A stretch of DNA of 64,000 bases from Candidatus Binatia bacterium (GCA_963666315.2 CAXXHG010000039.1:105608-169607), one strand, 5' to 3'. Positions 22,669-33,841 are shown, counted from the stretch's first letter. Notes: generated by a model from the sequence alone, not told the origin. Numbers and translations: made by a program.

Positions 22669-22784
22669 AAGAATGTCGGATTCCCCAAGTGTCTGAGTGA
22701 AGGTCTGAGCTTATACCGAGTAAAAAGAAAGAGGGTAGGGGCCGGACCCTGCCCTTACGTGCGAGCGCAATGTTGCGCTCTGGT

Positions 22785-23723
22785 TTAGTCTTGTTTAAGC
22801 GATTTAAATATGGACCCAAGGTCTTCTTTTGCCGTGTTGCCCTTGCTGAGTTCGACTTTGAGTTTCTCCCCGAGCTCAGCGGCTGCCCACATACCTTTTT
22901 TCCTGACGGTTCCAACAGAATGCCAGCCCTGCATGAGCCACACACAGCCGCCACCTACACGAAATACTTCGCCGTGGACATTCGCTGCATCTTCACTCGC
23001 AAGCCACGTCACTAACGGAGCAATATGACCGGGGTCAAAATAATCGTGTTCGCCTTCCTTTTCCGGGCCGGCCATAAGCCCGGCGGTTTGCGGCGTCGCA
23101 TCCACGGTCATACGCGTGCGGGCAAGCGGCGCGATGGCATTCCCTGTGACCCCATATTTCTGCATCTCGCGGTCAATAATAATGGCCAGTGTTGCCAAGG
23201 CGGCTTTTGCCGGGCCGTAGTTCGGTTGGCCTGGGCTGCCGAGCAGACCTGCGTCTGACGAGGTATTGATCACGCGGCCATTCAAGATATTCCCCTGTTT
23301 GTGCTGCTCGCGCCAGTATTCGCAGGCGTGCCGAGCACAGTTGAAGGACCCCTTGAGGTGGACGTTCAGAACGGTATCCCACTCTTCTTCCGACATGTTG
23401 AAGATCATGCGGTCACGCAGGATGCCCGCGTTGTTGACCAGGATGTTGAGCTTGCCGAAAGAGTCGATGGCACATTCGACAATACGCTTGGCACCTTTGA
23501 AATCCGTTACGCTCTCGAAATTGGCGACGGCCTCTCCACCTGCGGCTTTGATTTCATCTACCACTTGCTGGGCCGGGCTGCTATCTGAGCCCGTTCCATC
23601 AAAACTTCCACCCAGATCGTTCACCACGACCTTGGCCCCGTTTTGAGCAAGAAGCAACGCTTCCTCACGCCCAATACCGCGACCTGCTCCAGTCACAATA
23701 GCGACTCTGCCGTCCAGTAACAT
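22785..23723 (-). CDS. short-chain dehydrogenase/reductase
   Basis: TGAGRGIG, NNAGILRD, YGPAK. Confidence 0.93.
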   Translation of the reverse strand: MLLDGRVAIVTGAGRGIGREEALLLAQNGAKVVVNDLGGSFDGTGSDSSPAQQVVDEIKAAGGEAVANFESVTDFKGAKRIVECAIDSFGKLNILVNNAGILRDRMIFNMSEEEWDTVLNVHLKGSFNCARHACEYWREQHKQGNILNGRVINTSSDAGLLGSPGQPNYGPAKAALATLAIIIDREMQKYGVTGNAIAPLARTRMTVDATPQTAGLMAGPEKEGEHDYFDPGHIAPLVTWLASEDAANVHGEVFRVGGGCVWLMQGWHSVGTVRKKGMWAAAELGEKLKVELSKGNTAKEDLGSIFKSLKQD

Positions 23724-23838
23724 GTGTCGTTCTCCTTATTCGATTGTCTCAGTTTATTCAGTAAACGACGGTAGTTAAGCCACTCTTGTCTGCCTGAGAT
23801 ACTGGGATTTGTCAAGGAGTTAGAGGCAGACAGAGGTG

Positions 23839-23871
23839 AAAAAAACCTGGCGAAATATGTTCGCCAGGGTT
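23839..23871 (-). terminator. intrinsic terminator after glnA
   Basis: cctggcgaa-atatg-ttcgccagg hairpin with an A-run on + (U-run on -). Confidence 0.8.
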
Positions 23872-23898
23872 CATTTGAGCGGAGGCTGATACGAGGAT

Positions 23899-25311
23899 TT
23901 ACGCGTCGTAGTAGAGCATAAATTCGTACGGGTGGGGGCGCAGGCGCAGTTGATCAATCTCCTGCGTACGTTTGTATTCGACCCAGGTTTCAATCACATC
24001 TTGCGTGAAAACATCGCCTTTTAACAAGAAGTCATGGTCTTTTTCTAACGCAGCAAGAGCATCCTCTAGTGAGCTAGGCACGGACGGGACATTGGCCAGC
24101 TCTTCCGGCGTCAGAGCGTAGATGTCTTTATCCAGCGGATCGCCAGGATTCAGTTTGCGTTCAACACCGTCGAGACCGGCCATGAGCATGACCGAGAAGA
24201 CCAGGTAGCCATTGGCAGTAGGATCAGGGAAGCGGACCTCAATGCGTTTGGCCTTAGGACTCATCGAATACATAGGGATACGAACGGCTGCTGAACGGTT
24301 TCGGGAAGAGTAGGCCAGGTTTACTGGCGCCTCAAAACCCGGGACCAGGCGGCGGTAAGAGTTTGCCGTCGGGGCGGCAAACGCGCAGATGGCAGGCGCG
24401 TGGACCAGGATGCCGGCAATATAGTGCATGGCAAGTTCGCTCATCCCCCCGTATCCGTCTCCAGCAAACAGCGGGATGCCGTCTTTCCAAATCGACTGGT
24501 GGACGTGCATGCCCGAGCCATTGTCCCCGAACAGCGGTTTGGGCATGAAGGTGGCTGTTTTTCCATGCTTTTTGGCGACGTTCTTCACAATATATTTATA
24601 CCATTGCAGAGCATCCGCCATCTCAACCAGGGGGAGAAAGCGTAAGTCGATCTCAGCTTGTCCTGCAGTAGCCACCTCGTGGTGATGCTTTTCAACCCGA
24701 AGCCCGACCTGCTCCATGGTCTGAACCATCTCGGTCCGGATGTCTTGGAAGGAATCGAGTGGCGAAACCGGGAAATAGCCTTCTTTGTGACGCGGCTTAT
24801 AACCGAGGTTAGGACCCTCATCGCGGCCAGAGTTCCATATGCCCTCCACCGAGTTCACGTGATAATAGCCTTCATAAGCATTCTGATCGTAGCGCACGTC
24901 GTCAAGAATGAAAAATTCCGGCTCCGGACCGAAATAGGCAACCTCGCCAAAACCACCAGACTGGACATAGGCTTCCGCTTTTCTGGCAATGCAGCGCGGG
25001 TCACGTGAATACGGCTCTCGGGTAATCGGGTCAACAATATTCCCCAATAAGCTCAGCGTTGGCTTTTCGCAGAACGGATCCATGACGGCCGTACTGGGAT
25101 CGGGCATGACCAGCATATCCGAGGCGTTGATGGGCTGCCAGCCACGAATGGATGATCCGTCGAAGCCTGATCCGTCTTCGAAGAGATCTTCATCGTACTC
25201 ACTCATCGGTATGGTGAAGTGTTGCCAGGTGCCGATTAAGTCCATGAACTTGAGGTCGACTAACTGGGCGCCCTTCTCTTTTGCCAATGCGATAGCTTCT
25301 TGTGGTGTCAT
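23899..25311 (-). CDS. glnA: glutamine synthetase type I
   Basis: [39 protein letters not shown]. Confidence 0.98.
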   Translation of the reverse strand: MTPQEAIALAKEKGAQLVDLKFMDLIGTWQHFTIPMSEYDEDLFEDGSGFDGSSIRGWQPINASDMLVMPDPSTAVMDPFCEKPTLSLLGNIVDPITREPYSRDPRCIARKAEAYVQSGGFGEVAYFGPEPEFFILDDVRYDQNAYEGYYHVNSVEGIWNSGRDEGPNLGYKPRHKEGYFPVSPLDSFQDIRTEMVQTMEQVGLRVEKHHHEVATAGQAEIDLRFLPLVEMADALQWYKYIVKNVAKKHGKTATFMPKPLFGDNGSGMHVHQSIWKDGIPLFAGDGYGGMSELAMHYIAGILVHAPAICAFAAPTANSYRRLVPGFEAPVNLAYSSRNRSAAVRIPMYSMSPKAKRIEVRFPDPTANGYLVFSVMLMAGLDGVERKLNPGDPLDKDIYALTPEELANVPSVPSSLEDALAALEKDHDFLLKGDVFTQDVIETWVEYKRTQEIDQLRLRPHPYEFMLYYDA

Positions 25312-25366
25312 ATTGACCCTGTCCTCCTTAACCGTAAAACAATTGCGATGTTGTTATGGTACGCGG

Positions 25367-25738
<372 letters not shown>

Positions 25739-25816
25739 CTAACAATAAAATACACGGATTATAAAGCGGATGGGCATATTTCGGAGGGAACCATCCGCCT
25801 GGCAGCATAATAACAA

Positions 25817-25913
25817 AGTAAGACAAATGCCAGACCACACGGCGCCGGAGAGCAGGAAATTGCTGAAGAAATCACGTCCACGCCGGAAGGGGATGCTGCC
25901 TAGTTCACAGGCA
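25817..25913 (-). promoter_or_regulatory. putative sigma54 promoter and NtrC-like box for glnBA
   Basis: TGGCATTTGTCTTACT (25832-25817; -12 element mismatched) and palindrome TGCCT-N7-AGGCA (25897-25913). Confidence 0.45.
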
Positions 25914-25924
25914 GCGCTTTTTAT

Positions 25925-26548
25925 TTAGGCAGACGGTGATGAATTCCTGAAATGAAATTTCTGCTCTTCGCCTCTCATAAGACGGCTAATGTTTTCATGA
26001 TGGCGGACAATTATCAGGACTGCGATGATTATACCCGCAATGATATGCGGTCGAGGGGAGGAGGAGGAGAAGATAAGAATCGGCGTCAGTGCTGCCGCGA
26101 CAATAGAGGCAAGGGAGACAAGACGCGTTGTGGCAAAAACGATTGCAAAGCCGAGGAACGCAGTCAGGATGGCAGTCGGTGCCAGTCCAAGGAATACGCC
26201 CAGTCCGGTGGCCACCCCTTTCCCTCCAGAAAAGCGCATAAACACAGGGAAGACGTGCCCGAGGATGGCCATCACTGCTGTACTGGCTTGGACAATCTCT
26301 CCCAGGCCCCACCAACCGACAATAAGAACGGGGAGTAGCCCTTTGAGAACATCGCCTACGAGGGTGAGGATGCCCGCGGTTTTTCCAGCTGTGCGTGCGA
26401 CGTTGGTGGCCCCAATATTCCCGCTCCCGGCCTCACTCACGGTAATACCCTGCCGCTTTGCGATGAGTACGCCAGTTGGAATGGAGCCACACAGGTAAGC
26501 GGCGATACTGGCGATGACCAGAACGCCAAGGTCTAGTTCTGAGGCCAT
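25925..26548 (-). CDS. plsY: glycerol-3-phosphate 1-O-acyltransferase
   Basis: GSGNIGATNVAR, GHVFP, GGKGVAT, HHENISR. Confidence 0.96.
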   Translation of the reverse strand: MASELDLGVLVIASIAAYLCGSIPTGVLIAKRQGITVSEAGSGNIGATNVARTAGKTAGILTLVGDVLKGLLPVLIVGWWGLGEIVQASTAVMAILGHVFPVFMRFSGGKGVATGLGVFLGLAPTAILTAFLGFAIVFATTRLVSLASIVAAALTPILIFSSSSPRPHIIAGIIIAVLIIVRHHENISRLMRGEEQKFHFRNSSPSA

Positions 26549-26616
26549 AGTGTCTGAGACTACTTCTGGAAAGTGCTAAGGAGCAAAGTGCCCGGGAGCA
26601 AAAGGCCGAATGGAAA

Positions 26617-26693
26617 TGGTCGGGGTGACTGGATTTGAACCAGCGACCCCACGGTCCCGAACCGTGTGCTCTACCAGGCTGAGCCACACCCCG
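26617..26693 (-). tRNA. tRNA-Pro(CGG)
   Basis: cggggtgtggctcagcctggtagagcacacggttCGGgaccgtggggtcgctggttcaaatccagtcaccccgacca. Confidence 0.97.
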
Positions 26694-26848
26694 ACACGGA
26701 TATTTCCTATTCGCCTCCTAATAGCTTAGGGCGGGTCTTGGGGTCAAGTAGGGCCCAGGGTCAGCCCAGTCAGGCCTAGCCAGCCTGGGCTGGATAGGGC
26801 TATAACAAGACTCAGTGTTCCTTTTCCTGGGCGACTAGGGGTGAATAC

Positions 26849-27280
26849 TCATACGAGCGAACAGTGCAAAACCGCTCCGGAGCGCTGAAATCCGTCTTCC
26901 ATAAGAAGCTCCAGTAGCATCCGGGATGAGTGCTGGTCTGAGGGAGCTGAGCAGGTCAAGACCTGACAACCACGTTTACGTGCTCGTTCCTTGGCAAAGC
27001 GCAGCAATGCTCGACCAATGTCAGGCGATGCGGTCTGGAGTACGGCCGTATCCAGAACAGCCTGCCAGCCGGGGTTCCGAAGTGCACGGACATAGCTCAC
27101 GAGGAGCATACCTCGGAGAGTTCCATCCCGTTCCGCAACATAGAAATCGTGGGCCGGGTCTTGGGCAAGATGCCGCCAGTGGCGCGCGACTGCTTTGCTG
27201 AGTTCTCCAGAATCCTCTGGAAAGAGCAGAGCCTGCAATGCAACACAGTCCGTTCGTTTTCCTCTACGGATGGTGAACAT
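26849..27280 (-). CDS. GNAT-family N-acetyltransferase (divergent)
   Basis: FYVAERDG, IGRALLRFAKERARKRGC. Confidence 0.65.
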   Translation of the reverse strand: MFTIRRGKRTDCVALQALLFPEDSGELSKAVARHWRHLAQDPAHDFYVAERDGTLRGMLLVSYVRALRNPGWQAVLDTAVLQTASPDIGRALLRFAKERARKRGCQVLTCSAPSDQHSSRMLLELLMEDGFQRSGAVLHCSLV

Positions 27281-27460
27281 GGCATGCCTTCCTAACACAC
27301 ATTGCTACAAACCAGGAATCCCGCCAGCAGTCCTGCCAGAAGTCCCGGCCAGAGATGCCGTCAGCCTGTTGCGCGCGGCCCGAAAAAACTCTACTGTCCA
27401 TGTCCCTCTGTCAAGCCGCTCCGACTTCTTCTCTGGAAATGAAGTGTCCGGCTTTATGCA

Positions 27461-28756
27461 ATGTCTTCTGCTGCGCCACTGAATATTGAACGTCTTGCTT
27501 ACGGTCCGGCAGGTGTTGGGCGCATCGACGGGAAAGTCGTCTTCGTCCCTCATACCGCCCCCGGCGACCGGGTAGACGTTGTCCTGACGGAAGAGAAAAA
27601 ACGTCATGCAATAGGACGTGTGATGGCTCTCCGACACTCTGGACCAGAGCGGCGGCAGCCGCCCTGTCCATATATACCGCGCTGTGGTGGATGTCCCTGG
27701 CAACATGTGACGTATGCCGAACAACTCCGTGCCAAGGAGTCGCTAGTGCGGGAGAATATGCGGCGGATTGGTGGTATGGCCGATCCCCCGGTCTTGCCGA
27801 TTATTCCCAGTCCTGAGGAATGGCGCTATCGCCACCGCATTCGACTCCGAACAGAGTCCCCTGCACGACTTGGCTTCTATCAAGCGCAGTCGCACGAGCT
27901 GGTAGAACTGGCCGATTGCCTTATCGCCGGGAAAAACAGCGCAACACACCTCTCTTGTGCCCGTGACTGGCTGGCTCACCTGCACACTCTCGTCCGACGT
28001 GTCGAGCTGCTCACGAGCGACCCTGTCTGCACCGCTGCCGAGGACGTCGTGCTCATGGGGAACGCTGAAGGACCTTTTCAGCCAGCAGACGACGAGGCGT
28101 GTGCCGCTTTTTTGCGAGCCCATGCGGTTGTCTCGGGACTGATCCTCTTTGGGCGAGGCTGGCGACGGACCTGGGGGAAGACGCGCGTGGTCCTAGACTT
28201 GGGCGTTGATGGGATGACCCTCGAAGTGAAGAATGGTGGCTTCACGCAAGTCAATCCAGCGGGCAATCGGGTATTGATCAAAACCCTCCTTCGGCTTGGT
28301 GGTTTTGATAAGTCACACATAGTGATTGAATGTTATAGTGGGTCGGGAAACTTTAGTCTGCCCATTGCGAAGCAGGTCCGCGAACTCACTGGGATAGAGC
28401 AAGATTCCCAGGCTATTGCGGACGCTCGGGATAATGCAAAGCGGGTCGGATTACGCAATGTCCGGTTTCTGCGGACCTCCGCTCAGGTGGGTGTCCGGAC
28501 CCTTATCCGGCGCCACGTCCGCGCCGACGTGCTGGTCTTAGATCCGCCACGAGCTGGGGCGGCGGAGATCGTCGAAAACATTCCTCAGCTGGGGGTACAC
28601 ACGGTCGTCTATCTCTCGTGCGACCCGACCACTTTAGCTCGCGACTTGGGACGTTTAGTCCAATTCGGCTATCGTGTGGACTGTCTCCAACCCGTTGATC
28701 TTTTTCCGCAAACCTACCACGTCGAAACAATAGCGACTGCTGTATTGACTTCATGA
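27461..28756 (+). CDS. rlmD: 23S rRNA m5U methyltransferase (RlmD/TrmA family)
   Basis: TRAM domain, CPYIPRCGGC, FTQVN, LDPPRAG, SCDPTTLARD, DLFPQTYHVE. Confidence 0.93.
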   Translation: MSSAAPLNIERLAYGPAGVGRIDGKVVFVPHTAPGDRVDVVLTEEKKRHAIGRVMALRHSGPERRQPPCPYIPRCGGCPWQHVTYAEQLRAKESLVRENMRRIGGMADPPVLPIIPSPEEWRYRHRIRLRTESPARLGFYQAQSHELVELADCLIAGKNSATHLSCARDWLAHLHTLVRRVELLTSDPVCTAAEDVVLMGNAEGPFQPADDEACAAFLRAHAVVSGLILFGRGWRRTWGKTRVVLDLGVDGMTLEVKNGGFTQVNPAGNRVLIKTLLRLGGFDKSHIVIECYSGSGNFSLPIAKQVRELTGIEQDSQAIADARDNAKRVGLRNVRFLRTSAQVGVRTLIRRHVRADVLVLDPPRAGAAEIVENIPQLGVHTVVYLSCDPTTLARDLGRLVQFGYRVDCLQPVDLFPQTYHVETIATAVLTS

Positions 28757-28773
28757 AAACCGACCCCTATGCT
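28745..28773 (+). promoter_or_regulatory. putative sigma70 promoter
   Basis: TTGACT-N17-TATGCT. Confidence 0.5.
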
Positions 28774-28826
28774 GCCTACAGGACCCCCGTCCCGCATCTG
28801 GATACGGTGCTTCGGTGGAGAGAATC

Positions 28827-29078
28827 ATGTCATCAAATACACAAGAAAAGTCACGCCCTTCGAAAGTCACCCTGATCCCTGCTAAAGGGGTGTCCCAAAC
28901 CATTAATTACTTGCTGGAAGATCGTGACGAGCTTGAATGGCTAGTCGCGATTGGACGTAATAAACGCGGCGAGATTTTCTTCTATGATACCGGCGGCGAT
29001 ATCATAGAAGACCTCGGCAGCCTTGATTATCTCAAGCAACGGCTGCTGCGTGCGCACTTTGGTGACGAGTGGGAGTAA
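28827..29078 (+). CDS. small hypothetical protein
   Basis: GGAG RBS, own promoter, protein-like composition. Confidence 0.7.
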   Translation: MSSNTQEKSRPSKVTLIPAKGVSQTINYLLEDRDELEWLVAIGRNKRGEIFFYDTGGDIIEDLGSLDYLKQRLLRAHFGDEWE

Positions 29079-29125
29079 AGCCGCTGTTCGTTTCAGGAGC
29101 CGGCAGCTTTCCGGTCGTCTGACAG

Positions 29126-29500
29126 CTAGCTGTCCGCATCTTCAAGCGGCGTATCCGCCATAATGCAGTCGCCCTCTATCCTGAGGGGTACGCGGGGCAG
29201 AAACTTCCCGCACGGCGGGCCAAAAATACATTCTCCGGTTTCCGGCTCAAAGGCTGCCCCGTGCGTTGAGCACAGGATGTAGCGCCCATCTTCAGTCAGG
29301 AATTGATTGTCGATCCAGTCCATCGTCATCGGCACATGGGCGCAGCGGTTGACGTAGGCAAAATATCGTCCGCCATAATTCACCAGGAAACATTCTGTTT
29401 CCCGGCCCTCAACAGACAGTAGAAATTTCTTCGTCTGTCCGGGCTCTACTTCCCCTACCTGGGCGACGGTGACCAATACAGGTGTCTCAGGCTGTGACAC
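29126..29500 (-). CDS. Rieske [2Fe-2S] ferredoxin
   Basis: CAH...CSTHG motif. Confidence 0.92.
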   Translation of the reverse strand: MSQPETPVLVTVAQVGEVEPGQTKKFLLSVEGRETECFLVNYGGRYFAYVNRCAHVPMTMDWIDNQFLTEDGRYILCSTHGAAFEPETGECIFGPPCGKFLPRVPLRIEGDCIMADTPLEDADS

Positions 29501-29633
29501 TCAGGCCTCCTATAGTATCTCTACGCGTTACAACGTAGTGTAGCATTGAGACAAAAGAAGGGGAATCGAGCCGTCGCGTATGGGCGTCCGTCTCGCAACA
29601 GAAGAAAGAAAAAACAGGGGACGGAGCGTCCTG

Positions 29634-30278
29634 ATGCGGTGTCTGAGTTCCACTGTGGGCCTCGTTATAGGAATGGTCACACGAAGTTTTGCCGATGAAG
29701 GCGTGCCGGTCCCACCGCTCGACGCGGGTCTTGTCTTAACCCTGCATCCCATTGTCGTGCATTTTGCGATTGCTCTCATTGTCTTTGGCGTACTCCTTGA
29801 CTGTGGGGGGAGTATCCTGCGCAATCGCGATTGGCAACGGGCCGGTCAGATCGGTTTTTTTGCGGGCGCCGGTGCAATTGGTCTGGCGGTCCTCAGCGGC
29901 TGGATTGAGCAGCAATTGCCACAACCCAGCAGTGTCTTTGATCCCCAAGTCCAGGGGTTGTTCTTTTACCATGAGTATGGCGGCTATGCTTTGCTTGGCT
30001 TTTTTATCATTCTCACCGTTGCGCGGCTGCAAATCAATGCGCAGCTCCCGCTTGTGTATATGATCCTGGCCGGCCTGGGTCTCATCGGTCTGACGATCCA
30101 AGGCTATTGGGGTGGGGAGATGGTCTACCGGTATGGCGCAGGCGTGCGTGCAGTCCAGGTGTTGAGTGCAGCGGCCGCCACGCAGGCGAGACAGAGTGGT
30201 CTGCCTACTCAGGCTATGCAGACGGACAGCGGACAAAGTAACCCCCAGGAGCATGTTCCCCTGGGGGTTACTCCGTAA
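29634..30278 (+). CDS. DUF2231-like membrane protein
   Basis: HPIVVHFAIAL; GYWGGEMVYRYG; start uncertain. Confidence 0.8.
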   Translation: MRCLSSTVGLVIGMVTRSFADEGVPVPPLDAGLVLTLHPIVVHFAIALIVFGVLLDCGGSILRNRDWQRAGQIGFFAGAGAIGLAVLSGWIEQQLPQPSSVFDPQVQGLFFYHEYGGYALLGFFIILTVARLQINAQLPLVYMILAGLGLIGLTIQGYWGGEMVYRYGAGVRAVQVLSAAAATQARQSGLPTQAMQTDSGQSNPQEHVPLGVTP

Positions 30279-30286
30279 CCAACTCG

Positions 30287-30490
30287 TTAGTCTGCAGTCT
30301 CGTTTGCCTTGAAACCCGCTTTTGTATGCGTCCCGTCGCAAAACGGCTTGTTCGCCGATTGGCCACACCGGCACAGGTACACCGCATCGTCCTCAGTCTT
30401 ATACGCATTCCGCTTCTGATCGGTAACGCCGACTGCCCCTTTGACCTCATACGGACCGTTTTTCAGTACCCGAATCGTAACCTCTGCCAT
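30287..30490 (-). CDS. CDGSH iron-sulfur domain protein
   Basis: NGPYEV, LCRCGQSANKPFCDGTH; AGAGGAGG RBS. Confidence 0.93.
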   Translation of the reverse strand: MAEVTIRVLKNGPYEVKGAVGVTDQKRNAYKTEDDAVYLCRCGQSANKPFCDGTHTKAGFKANETAD

Positions 30491-30678
30491 ACGATATCCT
30501 CCTCTTGCAAATAATCTTGACGCATGTCGCATTGCATTGTTACACACCCTATGCCGTGTTGCACACCTCATGCATTGATGCGCACCCTCCTGCCTGTCAT
30601 CCAGAATGGCAAAAAATGGAAAATGTGAGACGTACTCCATGACTGTTTTCGATTATTTTCGACTGTTTTCCCCGCAGG

Positions 30679-31824
30679 TCAGTCCGCTTCATTCGGTGAC
30701 TCATGCAGGGCCGGCGGAGGAGCTGGTTCTTGGGGCAGGCCAAACGGAGTGAGATCAAACGACGACTGGCCAGTCATAATCAGTTCGCTGATCAACGTGG
30801 CGGTAATGGGAGCCAGGACAATACCGTTGCGATGATGGCCCGTGGCTAGGATGACATTGTCGAGTTCAGGCGCGTGACACAAGATGGGGCGGCGCGTCGG
30901 GGAGTATGGTCGCAGACCGGCCCAGAAACGGCTCAGCGGCGCTTTACTGATACCCGGGACGAGGGCTTCCGAACGAAGGATAAAAGATTGTATGGTTTCG
31001 AGGGTCACATCTTTCGTATGGCCGACATACTCGACGGTTGAACCAATGATGACCTCGCCGTTTTTGCGCGGAACTAGGTAGTGTTCGTCATGAGAGATGA
31101 CGTGCTTGAGCAGGGTTGTTCGTACGGCCAGCATTTGTCCTTTGGCCGGTTTTACGGGAATGCTGATGCCAAATAAATCTCCGACCTGGCGTGACCAGGC
31201 GCCGGCCGCAATTACGACTGTGCCCGCCTCGACCCATTCTTCGCCAATACGGAGAGAGTGCGCTTTTCCATTCTTGAGACGAACTGCATTGACTGTGGTA
31301 TCCACACGAAACTGGACGCCACGTTTTCCCGCCGCCTGTGCCCACGCTTCGACCAGTTTTCCGTTATGCAGATGGTGATCTCCGCTAAAATGCACCGCAG
31401 CGCGTATGTCTATCGTGAGCGCGGGCTCAACGCGGTGTACCTCGTCCGCTGATAGCCAGGTGACTGGATGGCCTTGCTCCCGCCTGACGTCATACAGATC
31501 TCGGTATTTTTTCTCATCTGCATCGTTACGGATCAGGCCCAGCACCCCGACTGTCTGATATTCAATATCGATACCCGTGGCCTGCTCGATATCGTGAATC
31601 AGGGCAGGGTAAAGTTCTTGACTGGCCTTCTTGAGCTGATACAGGGGGCCGCGTTGCGAACGGTCGCTTGAGACAGCTAAGATCCCAGCAGCCGCGGCCG
31701 ACGCTTCCTGCCCCGGCCGTTGTCTGTCCACCAGAATAGTCTTTTGCTTCTGTCCGGCCAGGGCGTATGCAATGGCGCTGCCTATCACTCCAGCACCGAC
31801 AATGACAACGTCTGCTGTAGTCAT
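30679..31824 (-). CDS. thiO: glycine oxidase
   Basis: GAGVIG, ASAAAAGIL, KGQM, WAGLRP, GHHRNGIVL. Confidence 0.85.
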   Translation of the reverse strand: MTTADVVIVGAGVIGSAIAYALAGQKQKTILVDRQRPGQEASAAAAGILAVSSDRSQRGPLYQLKKASQELYPALIHDIEQATGIDIEYQTVGVLGLIRNDADEKKYRDLYDVRREQGHPVTWLSADEVHRVEPALTIDIRAAVHFSGDHHLHNGKLVEAWAQAAGKRGVQFRVDTTVNAVRLKNGKAHSLRIGEEWVEAGTVVIAAGAWSRQVGDLFGISIPVKPAKGQMLAVRTTLLKHVISHDEHYLVPRKNGEVIIGSTVEYVGHTKDVTLETIQSFILRSEALVPGISKAPLSRFWAGLRPYSPTRRPILCHAPELDNVILATGHHRNGIVLAPITATLISELIMTGQSSFDLTPFGLPQEPAPPPALHESPNEAD

Positions 31825-31902
31825 GGCCCGCTATTGTAATGATCGAAAGCGGAGAAGAAAGAGTAACGATTGCGGCGGTAGGCGGTCACGATGGTGCGCA
31901 GA

Positions 31903-32757
31903 TTAGTCGAGACTGAAGGCGGGCGCTTTCCCGTTCAGCAGGCTGCCGAGCTCTGCCGCCGGGAAGCGCAGGCCGAGATAGAACGTGCCAAACAATCCGT
32001 ACACCGCACTCGCCTCATCAAAGCGCATCTCGTAGACGAGTTTCTTAAAGACCAGCGGATCGTCCGCAAACAGATCAACGCCCCATTCCCAGTCGTCAAA
32101 GCCGATCGAACCCGAAATGATTTGGGTCACCTGGCCGGCATAGCGTCGGCCGATCATGCCGTGCTCGTGCATCATCTGTTGTCGGACTGCAATAGGAACC
32201 TGATACCAATTTTTGTCTTCGCCGCGTTTTTTATCCATGGCATAAAAACTGAGATACCGCCGCGCGGGAATCGACGGCCAGATACGGGCGGCCATGGCTT
32301 TTCGCTTTTGCTCCAGCTCTTTTTCCACAGCTTGCTGCCATTCGGCTGAGCCGGACTGAACACCCTGTTCGGCCAACGCGCGGTACAGGGTGATCGAGTC
32401 TTGATACAAGCCGAGTTCAACCACCGATAAATACGAAGTCGTGGGTTCAAGAAAATCGCTCAGCTTGAGTTGGGCGACGTGCAACTCGGCATCATTGACG
32501 GCATCAAACGTACGCCGAAAATGGACCAACATGAGGTCGCCCTTATGCCCTACGAGTGAAAACAGCCCCGTTTGTTCCGGACCGTGCGGCTCCATTTCTC
32601 TGAATGTGAGCAGCGCCTCTTCAAGAATTTCACTTTGGGCACTGGCCGACACGGCCTTCCAGTCTGTCCAGCGAATGCGGAACATCTGATGCAGGATGGC
32701 CGAGCCTTCTAGGGAAAGGGGCACGGGCGGCATGTCGTGCGCTATTTTTTCTGTCAT
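31903..32757 (-). CDS. hemQ: coproheme decarboxylase (chlorite dismutase family)
   Basis: GHKGDL, FYAMDKKR, HGMIGR, SIGFDDWEWGV, YEMRFDE. Confidence 0.85.
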   Translation of the reverse strand: MTEKIAHDMPPVPLSLEGSAILHQMFRIRWTDWKAVSASAQSEILEEALLTFREMEPHGPEQTGLFSLVGHKGDLMLVHFRRTFDAVNDAELHVAQLKLSDFLEPTTSYLSVVELGLYQDSITLYRALAEQGVQSGSAEWQQAVEKELEQKRKAMAARIWPSIPARRYLSFYAMDKKRGEDKNWYQVPIAVRQQMMHEHGMIGRRYAGQVTQIISGSIGFDDWEWGVDLFADDPLVFKKLVYEMRFDEASAVYGLFGTFYLGLRFPAAELGSLLNGKAPAFSLD

Positions 32758-32863
32758 CGGGGCTATAGCCTTTCTGGGTTCACTCTATATGCTCCTTGAG
32801 AATGTTCGGATCAAGTTCGGCCTGCTCAGCATGGACGGTCTGTCATGATTAGCGACGACATGA

Positions 32864-33728
32864 TTAGTGATGAAAAAATGGGGCTGACGCCTGGGCTGTG
32901 GGGCTTGCGATAAAGGGTCCGCGACCAATCGAGCGTCCAGGCGACCTCAGCGTGATAGACGGACTCGACGGCCGAATCGAAGGGTTGGTGTGCCGAATCG
33001 AATGTGTCGGCGGTAGGTCTCCCTCCCCCGATGGGAAAAATATCGCGGGCGCCCAGGACGGAGATGATGGCGACGGTGGCGCGACGCCATAGACTATGAC
33101 CGGCGCTTCAACGTAGTAGGGTTCGTGGATGACTTCGATAATCTGTGGCGGCTGTTCGATAACGATGGAGTCCGGCCCTGCTTCAGCGGCCGGTTCGACC
33201 GGCGGGGCAGGCGGGATAAAATCGGCCGCTGCCTGGCGAACAATAGCTTCGGCCCCATCGGCAGACAGGGTTAAGTGCTGCGCGGTCGCGCCGCGCCGCG
33301 CCGCAGCAGCAAGCTGGTCGACAGTATCAGGATCGAGCGCATGCGCGACTTTCCAGCCTCCAGCAGGTTGTATCCCGATTCCTCTGAGAGGCCCGAGAGC
33401 GTCGGTACTGCCGTTCTTGATGAGGCCAAAATCCACCGCTATCTTCTGGGCAAAGGCCCCCTGGCTGTGCACGGAATAGTTATGGCTTGGGGCGATGAGC
33501 AGCGGCGATGATGCTACTTTTGTCACGGAAGAAGGGAAGCAAGATAGACTATCACGTGATCCTGGTAGGCTGCAGGGATAGTCACACGTTCATCTACAAT
33601 ATGGACAACCGCCTCTGGTGTCGGTCCAGCGGTATAAGTCCCGCCGCGGCCTCAGCGACGGGGCCCAGACCGGCAAGACAGACGAGGCTTATAAGACGGG
33701 CGTTCCAGAGAAAAGGCCGCTTCCACAT
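32864..33728 (-). pseudogene. DUF4124-like secreted protein, about three frameshifts
   Basis: Signal peptide MWKRPFLW...AEAAA, then DLYRWTDTRG / VVHIVDE...IPAAY in successive frames, joined to ORF 32864-33526. Confidence 0.65.
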
Positions 33729-33841
33729 GGCCTCCCATTATAGTCGAGCCAGAGGAGAAACCAAGCCGCTATTGACCAAGCTCCAGCTACATTGCAGATT
33801 GAGACAAATAAGACGGTTTCCCTTTGATCGTTGTACATGCG

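Noticed and set aside
26694-26848. Integration site or island at tRNA-Pro
   Set aside because: No duplicated tRNA-Pro fragment or integrase in the window; flanks are housekeeping genes
30641-30670. Tandem 10-mer gactgttttc/gattattttc/gactgttttc
   Set aside because: Too short and low-complexity to assign a function
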